A stretch of DNA of 64,000 nucleotides, from assembly GCA_965370045.1 (NCBI GenBank), contig CBDUSI010000001.1:18691-82690 (forward strand), given 5' to 3'. Each line of letters starts with the position of its first letter. The stretch's first letter is position 1. A program made the translations under genes and the position numbers. The stretch comes from an uncultured bacterium (GTDB lineage Bacteria > Planctomycetota > SZUA-567 > JAKLDR01). The notes below the pieces were generated by a model. That model was not told where the DNA came from and ran no database searches. It was given only the letters and a program-made list of their open reading frames with translations. Shown here in pieces: positions 27,851 through 37,496 of this stretch.

Positions 27851-29932
27851 GTGCCTCAGGAGAGACCGTTCATGACCAACTACGGCAGGCTCTTCGCCGG
27901 TCCGGGCCGGGATCGCCGGGTCCACGGGCGCTTCGTGGTCGACTGGCGCGACTGCGCCGACTCGGACTTCGTGCGTGCGCTTGGCCCGCTCTCGAACAGG
28001 TTGAAAAGGGCCGGGAAGCTGTGGGACTCGGACCGCGAGACGGCTCGCCTCCTGGTGGTCGAGCACTTCCTGAAGCGGGCGGCGCCCAAGTGGGCTTTCG
28101 ATTATCGCCGGAAGCGCGCGCGCGTCCTGGCCAGCCGCAACTTCTTCTTCGACGAATCCGTGGACCTGGCCAGGGCCCGCCGGGCGCTCGCCTACGAGTT
28201 CTACGACTACAACGAGACCGGCAGCTACCTCAAGCTGACCCCCACAGTGAACTGGGACCGGTCCCGCTGCCGCCAATTGGGCTCGGCCGGCTGGCTGACC
28301 ATGGGCTTCGGTTACTGGGCGCTCTTCCCCGCGGCGGGCTACGCGATAACCCGGGACCACCGCTACGCGGAAGTCTTCGCGAACTGCTGGCGGCGCTGGT
28401 TCGGAGTCTTTCCCACCCGGGCCACCGACACGGGGCTCGACGGCTTCTTCGCCTTCAACACCCTGGACCCCGCGTGCCTGGACGGCTGCATGCACACCGG
28501 CCGGCGCGCGCTGGTGATGATCGACGTCCTCTACTCGGGCCTGCTGGCCGCCCTCGAGGCTGACCTGGCCTTCGAGGTGCTCAAGTACCTGTGGTTCGTG
28601 GCCTCGCTCTTCCGCCGGGCATTCGAGGCCCGCGGCCGGCGGTCGGCTTTCGGGCCCGGTAACCACAATCTATTCGACCGGGGCACGGTGCCCTTCTCGC
28701 TGGGGACGGTCTTCCCGGAGTTCGACTGCGCCAACTTCCTGCGCGGAAAGGGCCGCGAGGTGCTCCGCAGGCACGCCGCCGACCCCCGGCGCGGGGCGAT
28801 CCGCCCCGACGGGACCAGCTGGGAGCACAGCGCGCGCTACGCGTGGTACGCGGCGGGAATGCTCCGCCAGCCGCTGGAACTGGCCCGGCTCAACCGCCGG
28901 GCGCTCTTCTCCAAACGTGAAGAACGGCGCGTCGCCGAATTCCTGGAGTCCTTCGCGGACCTCACCGCCCCGGACGGCGGGATGCTCCCCTACGGCGACT
29001 GCCAACCGCCGCGCGCCGGCTGCCACCTGGAGCTGGCCCGCTCGGTGCTGGCCGGCTCGCGCGCCGAGAAGACCGCCAGGAAGCTCAAGGTCGCGACGCG
29101 CGTCCACGCCCCCGCGCGTCGCGCCTCGCCCCTCTCCGGGGAGACGCGCGGCTCGCACTTCTTCCCCGACAGCGGCATCCTGGTGGCCCGCAGCGGCTGG
29201 CGGCCGAGCGACTCGCTGCTCTTCGTAACCGCCGAGCCCCGCGCGAGCTACTCGGGGCACAGCCACCACGACTTCGGCTCTTTTCAGCTGTGGGCCGACG
29301 GCGTCCCGCTCTTCTATGAAGCGGCCACCTGGGCCTACCGCATCGACGAGATCGTGCCCGCCGAGCGCGGCTACTACTACTCGGCTTTTGCCCATAACAT
29401 GTTGACAATGGAGGACTACCGCCCGCGCTCGGTCTTCTTCAAGATGGGCAACGTCAATGACTGGTGGGGCGACCACGAGAACCCCCCGGTCAGGACCGAG
29501 AAACTGGTCCTGGACGGACCGCGCGGGGAAATGATCGTTTCTCACCAGGCTTTCCCGGACATGACAGTCAGGCGCCGCTACCGCTTCGACCTGCGCGAGA
29601 AGTGGCTGGAGTTTACCGACTTCGTTGACGCACGGAAAGCCACGCGGCGCACCTTTCGCCAGTGGCTGCACCTGGCCTTCGGGGCCCGGGCCCGGCTCGC
29701 GGAGGACGGCGAACTGGTTGTCAGGAACCGCGGCGTCAAGGCCCGCTGCCGCTGGAGCGCCTCGGAGCCGCCGCTGGACCTGTCCGTCGAGCCCAGCCGC
29801 GAGGTGCTCCGCGCGGCGAAGGTCTTCCGCCTGGGCCAGCCGCTGCGGGCCTGCGCCGAGAAGAGCACCCGCTCCAGGCGCCTGGAGATAGCCTGCCGGA
29901 TAGAGTGGAAGAGCTCCGCGCGCCGGCGCTGA
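27851..29932 (+). CDS. heparinase II/III-like family protein (polysaccharide lyase-like)
   Basis: C-terminal GHSHHDFGSFQLWADG matches the heparinase II/III (alginate-lyase superfamily) signature. Confidence 0.65.
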   Translation: MPQERPFMTNYGRLFAGPGRDRRVHGRFVVDWRDCADSDFVRALGPLSNRLKRAGKLWDSDRETARLLVVEHFLKRAAPKWAFDYRRKRARVLASRNFFFDESVDLARARRALAYEFYDYNETGSYLKLTPTVNWDRSRCRQLGSAGWLTMGFGYWALFPAAGYAITRDHRYAEVFANCWRRWFGVFPTRATDTGLDGFFAFNTLDPACLDGCMHTGRRALVMIDVLYSGLLAALEADLAFEVLKYLWFVASLFRRAFEARGRRSAFGPGNHNLFDRGTVPFSLGTVFPEFDCANFLRGKGREVLRRHAADPRRGAIRPDGTSWEHSARYAWYAAGMLRQPLELARLNRRALFSKREERRVAEFLESFADLTAPDGGMLPYGDCQPPRAGCHLELARSVLAGSRAEKTARKLKVATRVHAPARRASPLSGETRGSHFFPDSGILVARSGWRPSDSLLFVTAEPRASYSGHSHHDFGSFQLWADGVPLFYEAATWAYRIDEIVPAERGYYYSAFAHNMLTMEDYRPRSVFFKMGNVNDWWGDHENPPVRTEKLVLDGPRGEMIVSHQAFPDMTVRRRYRFDLREKWLEFTDFVDARKATRRTFRQWLHLAFGARARLAEDGELVVRNRGVKARCRWSASEPPLDLSVEPSREVLRAAKVFRLGQPLRACAEKSTRSRRLEIACRIEWKSSARRR

Positions 29933-29991
29933 ACTTGCATCGCCCCGGCCGACGGGCGATACTACACCCGACCCCGGAAGGAGACCAGCCC

Positions 29992-31068
29992 TTGAGCGAT
30001 TCGGACCGAGTCTTCGGAACCCTGGCCGGCTTCCGCGCCGCGGCCCACCGCCTGCAGCGCTGGTTGATCATCCTGGGACTGCTGCTCGCCGTCGGCTGCG
30101 CGATCGCCGCGGCCTGGGGCCCCCTGCCGGCCTGGACGGTCGCCGCCGCCGCGGGGCTGGTTCCCGTGGGCGCCCTGTGGGGCGTCCTCTGGCGCCGGCG
30201 CGTCGAGCGGGCGTTCTGGCGCGGCGCGCGCGTCCCGGAGCGAGGGAAGACGGTGCGCCTGCCGCTGGAGGCCCTGGCGCTGGGGCTGCTGGTGCCGCTG
30301 TTCACCAGTCGGCCCGCGCTGGCCGCTGACTCGCGGCTGATATTGCGTTTGGGCGAGGGCCGGGGGCTGGACCTCGAAGCCCTTTTCGAGGCCGCGGGGA
30401 TTGGCGGCTGGATCGCCCTGGCGCTGGGCGCCCTGGCGCTGCTGGTTGCCCTGTATCTGCTCTTCTCGCTGTGGTCCGGGCACTTCGCGCCCTGGAAGCT
30501 GCGCGACGGGGTGCTCGAGAAGATCGTGAGCGGCGACGTGGAGGGCGCCCGCGAGCTCTGCGCGTCGAGCCGGAGCCTGCTGGCCAGGAGCGTGCTGGCC
30601 GGCCTGCCCGCCCCCGGACAACTGCCCCGCCCCGGAGAGGAGCTGCCCGCCGCGCGGATTGAGGCCTCCGGGCGGCGCGGGGCGGCGCGCTGGCGCGTGC
30701 TGGTCGACTTCCTGGCCGCGGCCGGGCTGCTCGCCCCGGTCGCCGGGCTGCTGGGCACCGTGCTCGGAATGCTGGAGATATTCGGAGCGGTGGCCGCGCG
30801 GGACTCCAGCGCCGCCTGGGTCGCCGCCGGAGCGGTAGCCGCGCTGGTGCCCGCGGTGGTCTCGCTGGCGGTGAGCCTCTTCGCGCTGGGCGCCCACTAC
30901 CTGGCCGGCCTGCGCCTGGGCTCGCTGGTCGCCAAGTGCGAGGCAGCCTGCATGGAGTGCGCCGCGGCGCTGACCGACCTGGGCGCCCACATGCGGGCCC
31001 GCGAGAGAAACGCCGCCGCCGCCCCGGAACTCGAGTCGCCTGAGCGGGAAGAGGAGAAGCAAGAGTGA
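29992..31068 (+). CDS. MotA/TolQ/ExbB-family proton channel protein
   Basis: C-terminal LLGTVLGMLEIF motif and TM topology match ExbB/TolQ. TTG start at 29992, 8 nt after RBS ggaaggag. Confidence 0.7.
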   Translation: MSDSDRVFGTLAGFRAAAHRLQRWLIILGLLLAVGCAIAAAWGPLPAWTVAAAAGLVPVGALWGVLWRRRVERAFWRGARVPERGKTVRLPLEALALGLLVPLFTSRPALAADSRLILRLGEGRGLDLEALFEAAGIGGWIALALGALALLVALYLLFSLWSGHFAPWKLRDGVLEKIVSGDVEGARELCASSRSLLARSVLAGLPAPGQLPRPGEELPAARIEASGRRGAARWRVLVDFLAAAGLLAPVAGLLGTVLGMLEIFGAVAARDSSAAWVAAGAVAALVPAVVSLAVSLFALGAHYLAGLRLGSLVAKCEAACMECAAALTDLGAHMRARERNAAAAPELESPEREEEKQE

Positions 31069-31493
31069 TCTTCCTGCCCGTCCGCGCGCGGAGGACGCCG
31101 ATCTTCATGGCCGCGCCGCTGGCCGGCGGGCTGGCCGCCGTACTGGCGTCCTTCGTGGCCCTGTGGGGCCTGGGTCGCGCGGGGCGGGCCGTGCCCGTGG
31201 AACTTCCCAAGGTGTCCGGCCGCGCCGAGCCGTTGCCGGCGGGCTTCGCCGGACACGTCATCACCGTGCGCCCCGACGGCGGCTACGTCCTGGGCGGTGG
31301 CCGCCTGCCGCGCTCCGAGCTGGCCGCCCGCCTGGCGCGCCTGGGGAAGCTGCCCTCCGCGCGCGCCGAGCGGATACTCATCCGCGCGGACGCGGGCGCG
31401 CCCTTCGGGAAGATCGCCGACCTCCTGGAGCTCTGCCGGGAGGCGGGGCTCGGCGCGGTGCGCTTTGAGGTCCTGGAGGAGTCCGCCCCTTGA
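31065..31493 (+). CDS. ExbD/TolR-family biopolymer transport protein
   Basis: 142 aa. N-terminal TM, then IRADAGAPFGKIADLLELCREAGL typical of ExbD/TolR. Start overlaps the exbB stop (GTGA). Confidence 0.75.
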   Translation: MIFLPVRARRTPIFMAAPLAGGLAAVLASFVALWGLGRAGRAVPVELPKVSGRAEPLPAGFAGHVITVRPDGGYVLGGGRLPRSELAARLARLGKLPSARAERILIRADAGAPFGKIADLLELCREAGLGAVRFEVLEESAP

Positions 31494-33847
31494 ACCGCCG
31501 CCTCTCTGCCCTCTTCCTGGCCGCCGGGCTCTGGAGTTCCGTAGCTGGCGCCGCCGGCGCCGGCGAGAAGCCGCTCAGCGTCGCCGACGAGCAGTACCGG
31601 CTGGCCGGGGCGCTCTTCGCCCGCGGCGAGTTCGCCCGCGCCGCGGCCACCTATGCGTCTTTCGCGCGCAGGCACCGCCGGGATCCCCGCGCTGGCGAGG
31701 CCCACTTCCGCTCTGCCGAGGGCCTCTACCGCGCCGGGGAAAGCAAGAAGGCCCGCAAGGCCTTCGAGAAATGCCTGACTCTCAAGCTGCCCGCCGCGCG
31801 CCTGGCCGCCGCGCGCCTGCGCATCGGGAGCATCTCTTACGCGGCCGGCGACGCGGAGGGCGCCGCGGCGGCGCTCTCGAAAGTGGACATGAAGCGGCTG
31901 CCCGCCGAGGCCCGCCGGGCGGCGGCCTACTTCCTGGGCGCCTCTCTCCTGGAACTGGGCCGCAAGAAGGAGGCCGGACCGCATCTGGCCCAAGCGGCCG
32001 GCTCGAAGCAGGCGGCGCTGGCCGCGCCGGCGCTCCTGGAGCTGGCCCGGATGGAGAGCGAAGCCGGGCGCCGCGCGGGGGCGGCGGGGCACCTCGGCAA
32101 GCTCCTCAAGCGCTTCCCCGGCGCGCCGGAGGCGGCGGAGGCCGGCTTCCGCCTGGCCGAGATTACCCGCCTGAGGGGCAAGCCCGCCGCCGCGCTGGCG
32201 CTATACGCGGCGGTGCTCAAGCGCTCCCCGCCGGGCGAGCTCGCCGCCCGCGCGGCGCTGGGCGCGGCCTGGTGCCACCTGGCCGGGAACGACGCGCGCG
32301 GGGCGTTGAAGATGGCCTCGATGGCCGCGCGCGCGCCGAAGCTGGCCACCGAGAGCCGCTACGTGACCGGCCTGGCGCGGATGGCCGCCAAGAAGTACGC
32401 CGAGGCGGAGGCCGCCTTCGCGGGAATCCTCAAGCTCGCCCCCCGGGGGCCACGCGCCGAGTCGGCCGCCTGCCGCCTGGTCTGGTGCCGGCACCTGGCC
32501 GGCCGCGGCGCGCAGGTGGGGCCCGCCGCGCGCGAGTTCCGGGCGCGCTTCCCCAAGAGCAAGCTGGCCGGCGAGGTGGCCCACGTCGAGGGCCTGGCCG
32601 CCGCGGCGGGCGGTGACGTCGAGGGCGCGCTCGCGGCCCTGGACAAGGCCGCCGCCGACCCCAAGAGCCGCTACGCCGCCGAGAGCGCCTACCGCGCCGC
32701 GCTGCTGTGCTCCGAGAAGGGCCGCCCCAAACAGGCCCGGGCGCGGCTGGAGCGCCTGGTGCGCCTCCATGCCAAGCACCGCCTGGCCGACGCCGCGCTG
32801 GTCCGGCTCGGCGAACTGGCCCTGGGCGCCGGCGACGCCAAGGGCGCCGCCAAACACTTCGACACGCACCTGGCCAGCTTCCCGGCCAGCAAGCTGCGCC
32901 CGGCGGCGCTGCTGGGCCGGGCCCTGGCCGCGGCCGCTGCCAAGGACTGGACCGGCTTCCAGCAGCGCTGCGCTCAACTGGCCAGAGCGCGTCCCGGCGA
33001 TCCGGCCGGCGTGGAGGCCAGCTACTGGCTGGCCTGGAACTACGAGCGGCTCAAGACCTACGACCAGGCGACGGCGGCCTACGTCCGCCTGATTGCCAAG
33101 TACCGCAAGCCACCGCTGGTCTACGAGTTCAAGTTCCGGCTGTCCTGCGCGTACTACCTCAACGGCAACTACCCCAAGGCCGCCGAGGGCTTCCTGGCGC
33201 TGGCCCGCTCGGGCAAGCGCCGGCTGCCCGCCGAGGGGCTGCTGTGGCTGGGCCAGTACCTGGGCGGCCAGGGCCGCGACAAGGAGGCCGCCGAGGTCTA
33301 TGCCCTGGCGGCGGGCTCCAAGGATCCGGCCACCCGCGCCGAGGCCCTGCTGGCCCTGGGCCACCAGGCCCTGCGCGGGGGACGGGCCGCCGGGGCAGTG
33401 GTCCTTTACCGCAAGCTCCTGGCCGAGATTCCCAAGTCCGTGCGCGCCGACGACGCCCGGCTGGGCCTGGTCCGCGCGCTGCGCGAGTCGGGCAAGGCCG
33501 CCGAGGCCCGCAAGATCGCGGCTGGCCTGGTGACCTCGAAGAACGAGCGGCTGCGCCTGGCGGCCCGTGGCGAGCTGGCCCTGGCGGACCTGGCCGTCGG
33601 GAAGGCCGCCGAGGCCGTGGCGGGCCTGGCCCCCCTGGCGACGCTGTACGACGATTCGGAGCTGGTGCCCCGCTGGCTGGCTGGCCTGGCCGCGGCCGAG
33701 GAGAAGCTCAAGAGGAAAGCGGCGGCGACCAGGTGGTACCGGGAACTCATCACCCGCTACCCGGCCAGCCGCGAGGCCAAGGCCGCGTCGGCCAAAACCA
33801 AGATCCCCCTGCCCGAGCCGTCGTCCAAGACCGGGGAGAAGTTCTAA
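31490..33847 (+). CDS. secreted tetratricopeptide-repeat protein (785 aa)
   Basis: Signal peptide, then many Ala/Leu-rich TPR-like units. Start overlaps the exbD stop (TTGA). Stop overlaps the ribE start (TAATG). Confidence 0.7.
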   Translation: MNRRLSALFLAAGLWSSVAGAAGAGEKPLSVADEQYRLAGALFARGEFARAAATYASFARRHRRDPRAGEAHFRSAEGLYRAGESKKARKAFEKCLTLKLPAARLAAARLRIGSISYAAGDAEGAAAALSKVDMKRLPAEARRAAAYFLGASLLELGRKKEAGPHLAQAAGSKQAALAAPALLELARMESEAGRRAGAAGHLGKLLKRFPGAPEAAEAGFRLAEITRLRGKPAAALALYAAVLKRSPPGELAARAALGAAWCHLAGNDARGALKMASMAARAPKLATESRYVTGLARMAAKKYAEAEAAFAGILKLAPRGPRAESAACRLVWCRHLAGRGAQVGPAAREFRARFPKSKLAGEVAHVEGLAAAAGGDVEGALAALDKAAADPKSRYAAESAYRAALLCSEKGRPKQARARLERLVRLHAKHRLADAALVRLGELALGAGDAKGAAKHFDTHLASFPASKLRPAALLGRALAAAAAKDWTGFQQRCAQLARARPGDPAGVEASYWLAWNYERLKTYDQATAAYVRLIAKYRKPPLVYEFKFRLSCAYYLNGNYPKAAEGFLALARSGKRRLPAEGLLWLGQYLGGQGRDKEAAEVYALAAGSKDPATRAEALLALGHQALRGGRAAGAVVLYRKLLAEIPKSVRADDARLGLVRALRESGKAAEARKIAAGLVTSKNERLRLAARGELALADLAVGKAAEAVAGLAPLATLYDDSELVPRWLAGLAAAEEKLKRKAAATRWYRELITRYPASREAKAASAKTKIPLPEPSSKTGEKF

Positions 33848-34488
33848 TGTTCACCGGGATAATCGAGGCCACCGGCAAGCTGCTCGGCGTCGAGAAGCGC
33901 GGCGGCGGCTTCCGCCTGAGCGCGGAACTCGGTCGCCTGGCCGAAGGCACCGCGGTCGGCGACAGCATCGCGGTCTCCGGCCCGTGCCTGACTGTCTCCC
34001 GGCTCGAAGGCTCGGTCGCCGGGTTCGACGCCGTATTCGAAACCGCGGAGCGCACCACCATTCCGTCCTGGCGCGCGGGCCGCGAGCTTAACATCGAGAG
34101 GGCCCTGGCCCTCGGCGCGCGGCTGGGTGGCCACGTAGTCACCGGGCACATCGACGGCCGCGCCCGGGTCCTCAACGTGAAGGAAGTCGGCGACGGTCGG
34201 GAGGTCGACTTCTCGATCCCCGCCGGCTGCGAGCGGCTGGTCGCCGGGAAGGGCTCGGTGGCGCTGGACGGCGCCAGCCTGACCGTCGCGCGGCTCTTGA
34301 GTGACAACAGCTTCCGCGTCGCGCTGGTGCCCCATACTCTGGGGAGCACCACGCTGCGCGGACTCAGGTCCGGCGACGAGGTCAACTTCGAGGCGGACAT
34401 AATGGCCCGCTACGCGGCGCGCCTCCTGGGCAAGGACTTCGGCGGCGGACTCACCGAGGACCAGCTCCGCGAAGCCGGGTTCATGTAG
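33847..34488 (+). CDS. ribE: riboflavin synthase alpha subunit
   Basis: MFTGIIEATG N-terminus and duplicated lumazine-binding halves. 214 aa. Confidence 0.9.
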   Translation: MFTGIIEATGKLLGVEKRGGGFRLSAELGRLAEGTAVGDSIAVSGPCLTVSRLEGSVAGFDAVFETAERTTIPSWRAGRELNIERALALGARLGGHVVTGHIDGRARVLNVKEVGDGREVDFSIPAGCERLVAGKGSVALDGASLTVARLLSDNSFRVALVPHTLGSTTLRGLRSGDEVNFEADIMARYAARLLGKDFGGGLTEDQLREAGFM

Positions 34489-34597
34489 GGAAGAGTCCCC
34501 GTGCGCTGGCGTCGGCAGTCCCGGGAAGGCTGGCGGGTGCCGGTGAAGAAATGTCGGATACAAGGAACTCTTCCTCCCGCTGGAAACGGAGGCATAG

Positions 34598-36295
34598 GTG
34601 TCAAACCTGACGCGCGACATAGGATCGGAAGACCTGAAGATCCTCGATGTTGTCAATCTGCTCAGAGAAGACAAATATCTGATCCCAACGTTTCAGCGGG
34701 ACTTTGTCTGGGATGCTCAGAGCATCAAGAAGCTCTGGGACAGCATGTTTCGCTTCTATCCTATCGGCAGCTTGCTCTACTGGGAGACCGACACCTACCT
34801 GCACACACACCGCAGACTGGGTGGCTTTGAGTTCCCGCACGACGAAGATACGGTGCGCAAGTTCAAGGAATGGAAGTACATCCTTGATGGTCAGCAACGG
34901 GCCACCTCGATTCTCGTCTCTATGCTTGGCGGCAAGGGGCGAGTAGAAGACGAAGAGAATTTCGACTATACGCTCTTCTTCGACGCGACAAAGGCGGAGT
35001 TCTTCTTCCCCACCGAGTTGGAAACGCGCAAGAGGGCCGTGCCTGACGAACGTTTTCTCGTCCGGGTCCGCGATGTACCCGAATGGAAATTCACCTTCTA
35101 CAAGGACATATCGAGCGCCGAGGGTTTCAACGATGAGATTGAGCACAACCTCAACCAAATTCAGCGTATGTTCACCGACTACAAGTTATCAGTCATTCGG
35201 ATCAAGGGCGTGGCGGTCAGTGAGGTCTGCGAGATTTTCGAGCGAATCAACCAAGAAGGGAAGAAACTCCATCCAGTGGACATCGTTGTCGCACGCACGT
35301 ATAGAAACGAGCAGGACGGGAAGCCCGGTTTCTATCTGAGAGACCGCCTGCAGGGGCTAAAGGACATCTTGATCGAAAACGGTAGCCGCTGGCAGGAAAT
35401 GGACGATCTTAGCATCATTCAAATGGTGGCTGTTTGCTTGCGAAAGCGGCATACTGAGGTACGCAATCCTTTCGGGATCACGCCCGCCGCCTTGGACAAC
35501 TTGACGACCCGCCACTTCGAAGAGAACTGGGAGACATGCCAGAAGACGATTCTGGAGACCCTCAAATTCCTCATGGACCAGAAGATTCTCGGTCCGTCAA
35601 TGATGCCCTTTACCTATCTAGCGTTGCCCGTGTGTTATTACTTCGACCGGAACAAGACGGTGAACCGGGATGTTGCCCGCCAGTGGTTCTGGTGGGCGGC
35701 ATTCGCGTTGGACCGGCTTAGTTCTTCGAGTGAGGTCTACGGTTTCTGTGAGGACTTTTTCGACCTACTGGAAAGTGGCAAGGAACCCAAGATACCGAAT
35801 CTTGTTCTATCCAAGACAAAACTCGTTCAGGCCAGTTACTACTATCGCAACGCCCTCAGCCGGGCTGTTCTTGCGTTCTTGGCCAACCAGCATCCGAAGG
35901 ACTTCAGTGACCCGCAAGCCGAGATCCTCGACAACGTGTATCTGCTCTTGTCACAGGCACCCAACTTGCATCACATCTATCCACAGAACTTCTTGAAGAA
36001 CGTTGAAGACCCGTCGGCAGATGCCGCGGCCAACAGCCTGATGAACATCTGCTATCTCCGGGCGCGGACCAACATCAAGATCAGTGATCGGAACCCGTTG
36101 GACTACTTCAAGGACTTCAAGAATGTGCGTAACTTCGAGGGAATCCTGGAGTCGCACTTGATCCCCGCTGAATTCACCGAGCGCGACAGCTTCAGACCAA
36201 GTGACTACCGCGATTTCTTGTTCGCCAGGGTGGAACTCTTCAGTCAGCGTTTGAAGCAAGCGTTACCCGATGTGAGCGTACAGATCGTCGACTGA
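34598..36295 (+). CDS. GmrSD-family type IV (modification-dependent) restriction endonuclease, DUF262 + DUF1524/HNH single polypeptide
   Basis: N-terminal DUF262 motifs IPTFQRDFVWD and ILDGQQRATSI (DGQQR). C-terminal His-Me finger region LHHIYPQNFL...N. GTG start with RBS ggagg. GC is about 50% against about 70% in flanking genes. Confidence 0.85.
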   Translation: MSNLTRDIGSEDLKILDVVNLLREDKYLIPTFQRDFVWDAQSIKKLWDSMFRFYPIGSLLYWETDTYLHTHRRLGGFEFPHDEDTVRKFKEWKYILDGQQRATSILVSMLGGKGRVEDEENFDYTLFFDATKAEFFFPTELETRKRAVPDERFLVRVRDVPEWKFTFYKDISSAEGFNDEIEHNLNQIQRMFTDYKLSVIRIKGVAVSEVCEIFERINQEGKKLHPVDIVVARTYRNEQDGKPGFYLRDRLQGLKDILIENGSRWQEMDDLSIIQMVAVCLRKRHTEVRNPFGITPAALDNLTTRHFEENWETCQKTILETLKFLMDQKILGPSMMPFTYLALPVCYYFDRNKTVNRDVARQWFWWAAFALDRLSSSSEVYGFCEDFFDLLESGKEPKIPNLVLSKTKLVQASYYYRNALSRAVLAFLANQHPKDFSDPQAEILDNVYLLLSQAPNLHHIYPQNFLKNVEDPSADAAANSLMNICYLRARTNIKISDRNPLDYFKDFKNVRNFEGILESHLIPAEFTERDSFRPSDYRDFLFARVELFSQRLKQALPDVSVQIVD

Positions 36296-36466
36296 GCCGC
36301 CGGAATTCCGCGCCCGGAAGTCAAGACTTGCCTCAGTTGCCGGTGGTCGATTGCCGGTTATCAGAAGTCGCGAGCGTACGCCGGCCTCGATATCACCCTT
36401 TCGTCGCATCTAACCGACAGCCATACAGTCACTTACGCCTCATCAGCATTATTCTGTATTATCTTC

Positions 36467-36495
36467 TTGACATTCGGGGCGCTTCGCGCTATAAT
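36467..36495 (+). promoter_or_regulatory. perfect sigma70 consensus promoter: TTGACA (36467-36472), 17-nt spacer, TATAAT (36490-36495)
   Basis: tcTTGACAttcggggcgcttcgcgcTATAATacagc. Near-duplicate of the 1328-1356 promoter, with a shared upstream attctg motif. Confidence 0.7.
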
Positions 36496-36549
36496 ACAGC
36501 ATACACTGACCACTTGCGGCCCAAAGGGGCTATCTTAGGGGGGAGAACC

Positions 36550-37191
36550 ATGAGCGACAAGAACGTGGCGGAGAATGAATTGGGATTGCTGACTGAAATT
36601 GCATTGCTTCGGGCGCATGGACAAAGCTGGAAGGATATCGCCAGCGAGTTGGACGTAGAAAGGCCCCGGCTGCGGGAGGTTACCCGCGCGCACGGTGCGG
36701 TCTACTGGCGGCTGTTCGAGGAGGCCCAGCACCGCGCGTCACTGGAAGCGGCGGCAATGGCGCGGGCCAAACTGGAGACGCTGCTCGAAAGCGAAAACGA
36801 GCGCGTCGCCCTGCGCGCCGCCCAGGCGCTGCTCGGCGACCAGCGCGGCAAGGAGCGCAGCGCCGTCCTGCGCGATCGGAACGACATCCTGGCCGAGAAG
36901 GTCGTGGAGCGCCAGAAGGACGCCGAAAGCTGGCGGCAATTACGTGAAGCCGAAATGACCCTGGCCGAGTACCGCCGTGATGTAGAAAGGCGCATGCGCG
37001 ACGACTCCGAACCGTCGCTCTGGCAGAAGGCTTACAGCAAGCAGTACGGCGGCCGCACTGACAACGGCGGCAGCGACATCATCGCCCTGGCCCGCGCGGC
37101 CGTCGACGAGATGACCGACGAAAACGGCCGGCTCATTGACCCATTAGAGGCCAGGCGGTTACGCGAGGAAAAAAACGGCGAAGCGTCGTAA
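36550..37191 (+). CDS. hypothetical protein, paralog B of the 1374..2111 gene; N-terminal HTH-like segment
   Basis: RBS gggggag before ATG 36550. MSDKNV... N-terminus. LTEIALLRAHGQSWKDIASELDV resembles a sigma region-4/LuxR-type HTH. ESENERVALRAAQALL matches SENERIALEAARTLL in paralog A. Highly charged C-terminal half. Confidence 0.6.
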   Translation: MSDKNVAENELGLLTEIALLRAHGQSWKDIASELDVERPRLREVTRAHGAVYWRLFEEAQHRASLEAAAMARAKLETLLESENERVALRAAQALLGDQRGKERSAVLRDRNDILAEKVVERQKDAESWRQLREAEMTLAEYRRDVERRMRDDSEPSLWQKAYSKQYGGRTDNGGSDIIALARAAVDEMTDENGRLIDPLEARRLREEKNGEAS

Positions 37192-37423
37192 GTCACGGGC
37201 TTTCAGGGGCGCAGGTCATGACAAAACGGGAGATTCCGAACCACGGAGGACACGGAGGAGAAGAGACGGTTGCCACTCGGAGCGGCGCCTTCAGGTGCCC
37301 GACGAGGGGCAATTCACTTGCCAGAACCACGCCAGGGAGGGCGGAACCTCGACGGTTTGACACGAGGTCAAAAGACATCGTTTGGGGAAGGTAAGCCGAA
37401 GGAGAGAGCCCGGGACCAAGAGA

Positions 37424-37447
37424 CTCCAGACTCCAGCCTCCAGACTG
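37424..37447. repeat. 24-nt heptamer-repeat element, second copy: ctccaga ctccagc ctccaga ctg
   Basis: 22/24 identical to 2179-2202. Followed by a second small tandem repeat gttgaaaag x2 (37461-37478). Confidence 0.6.
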
Positions 37448-37496
37448 TGCCCCTTGGCGTCTTGGCGGTTGAAAAGTTGAAAAGCGGCCCGGCGGT

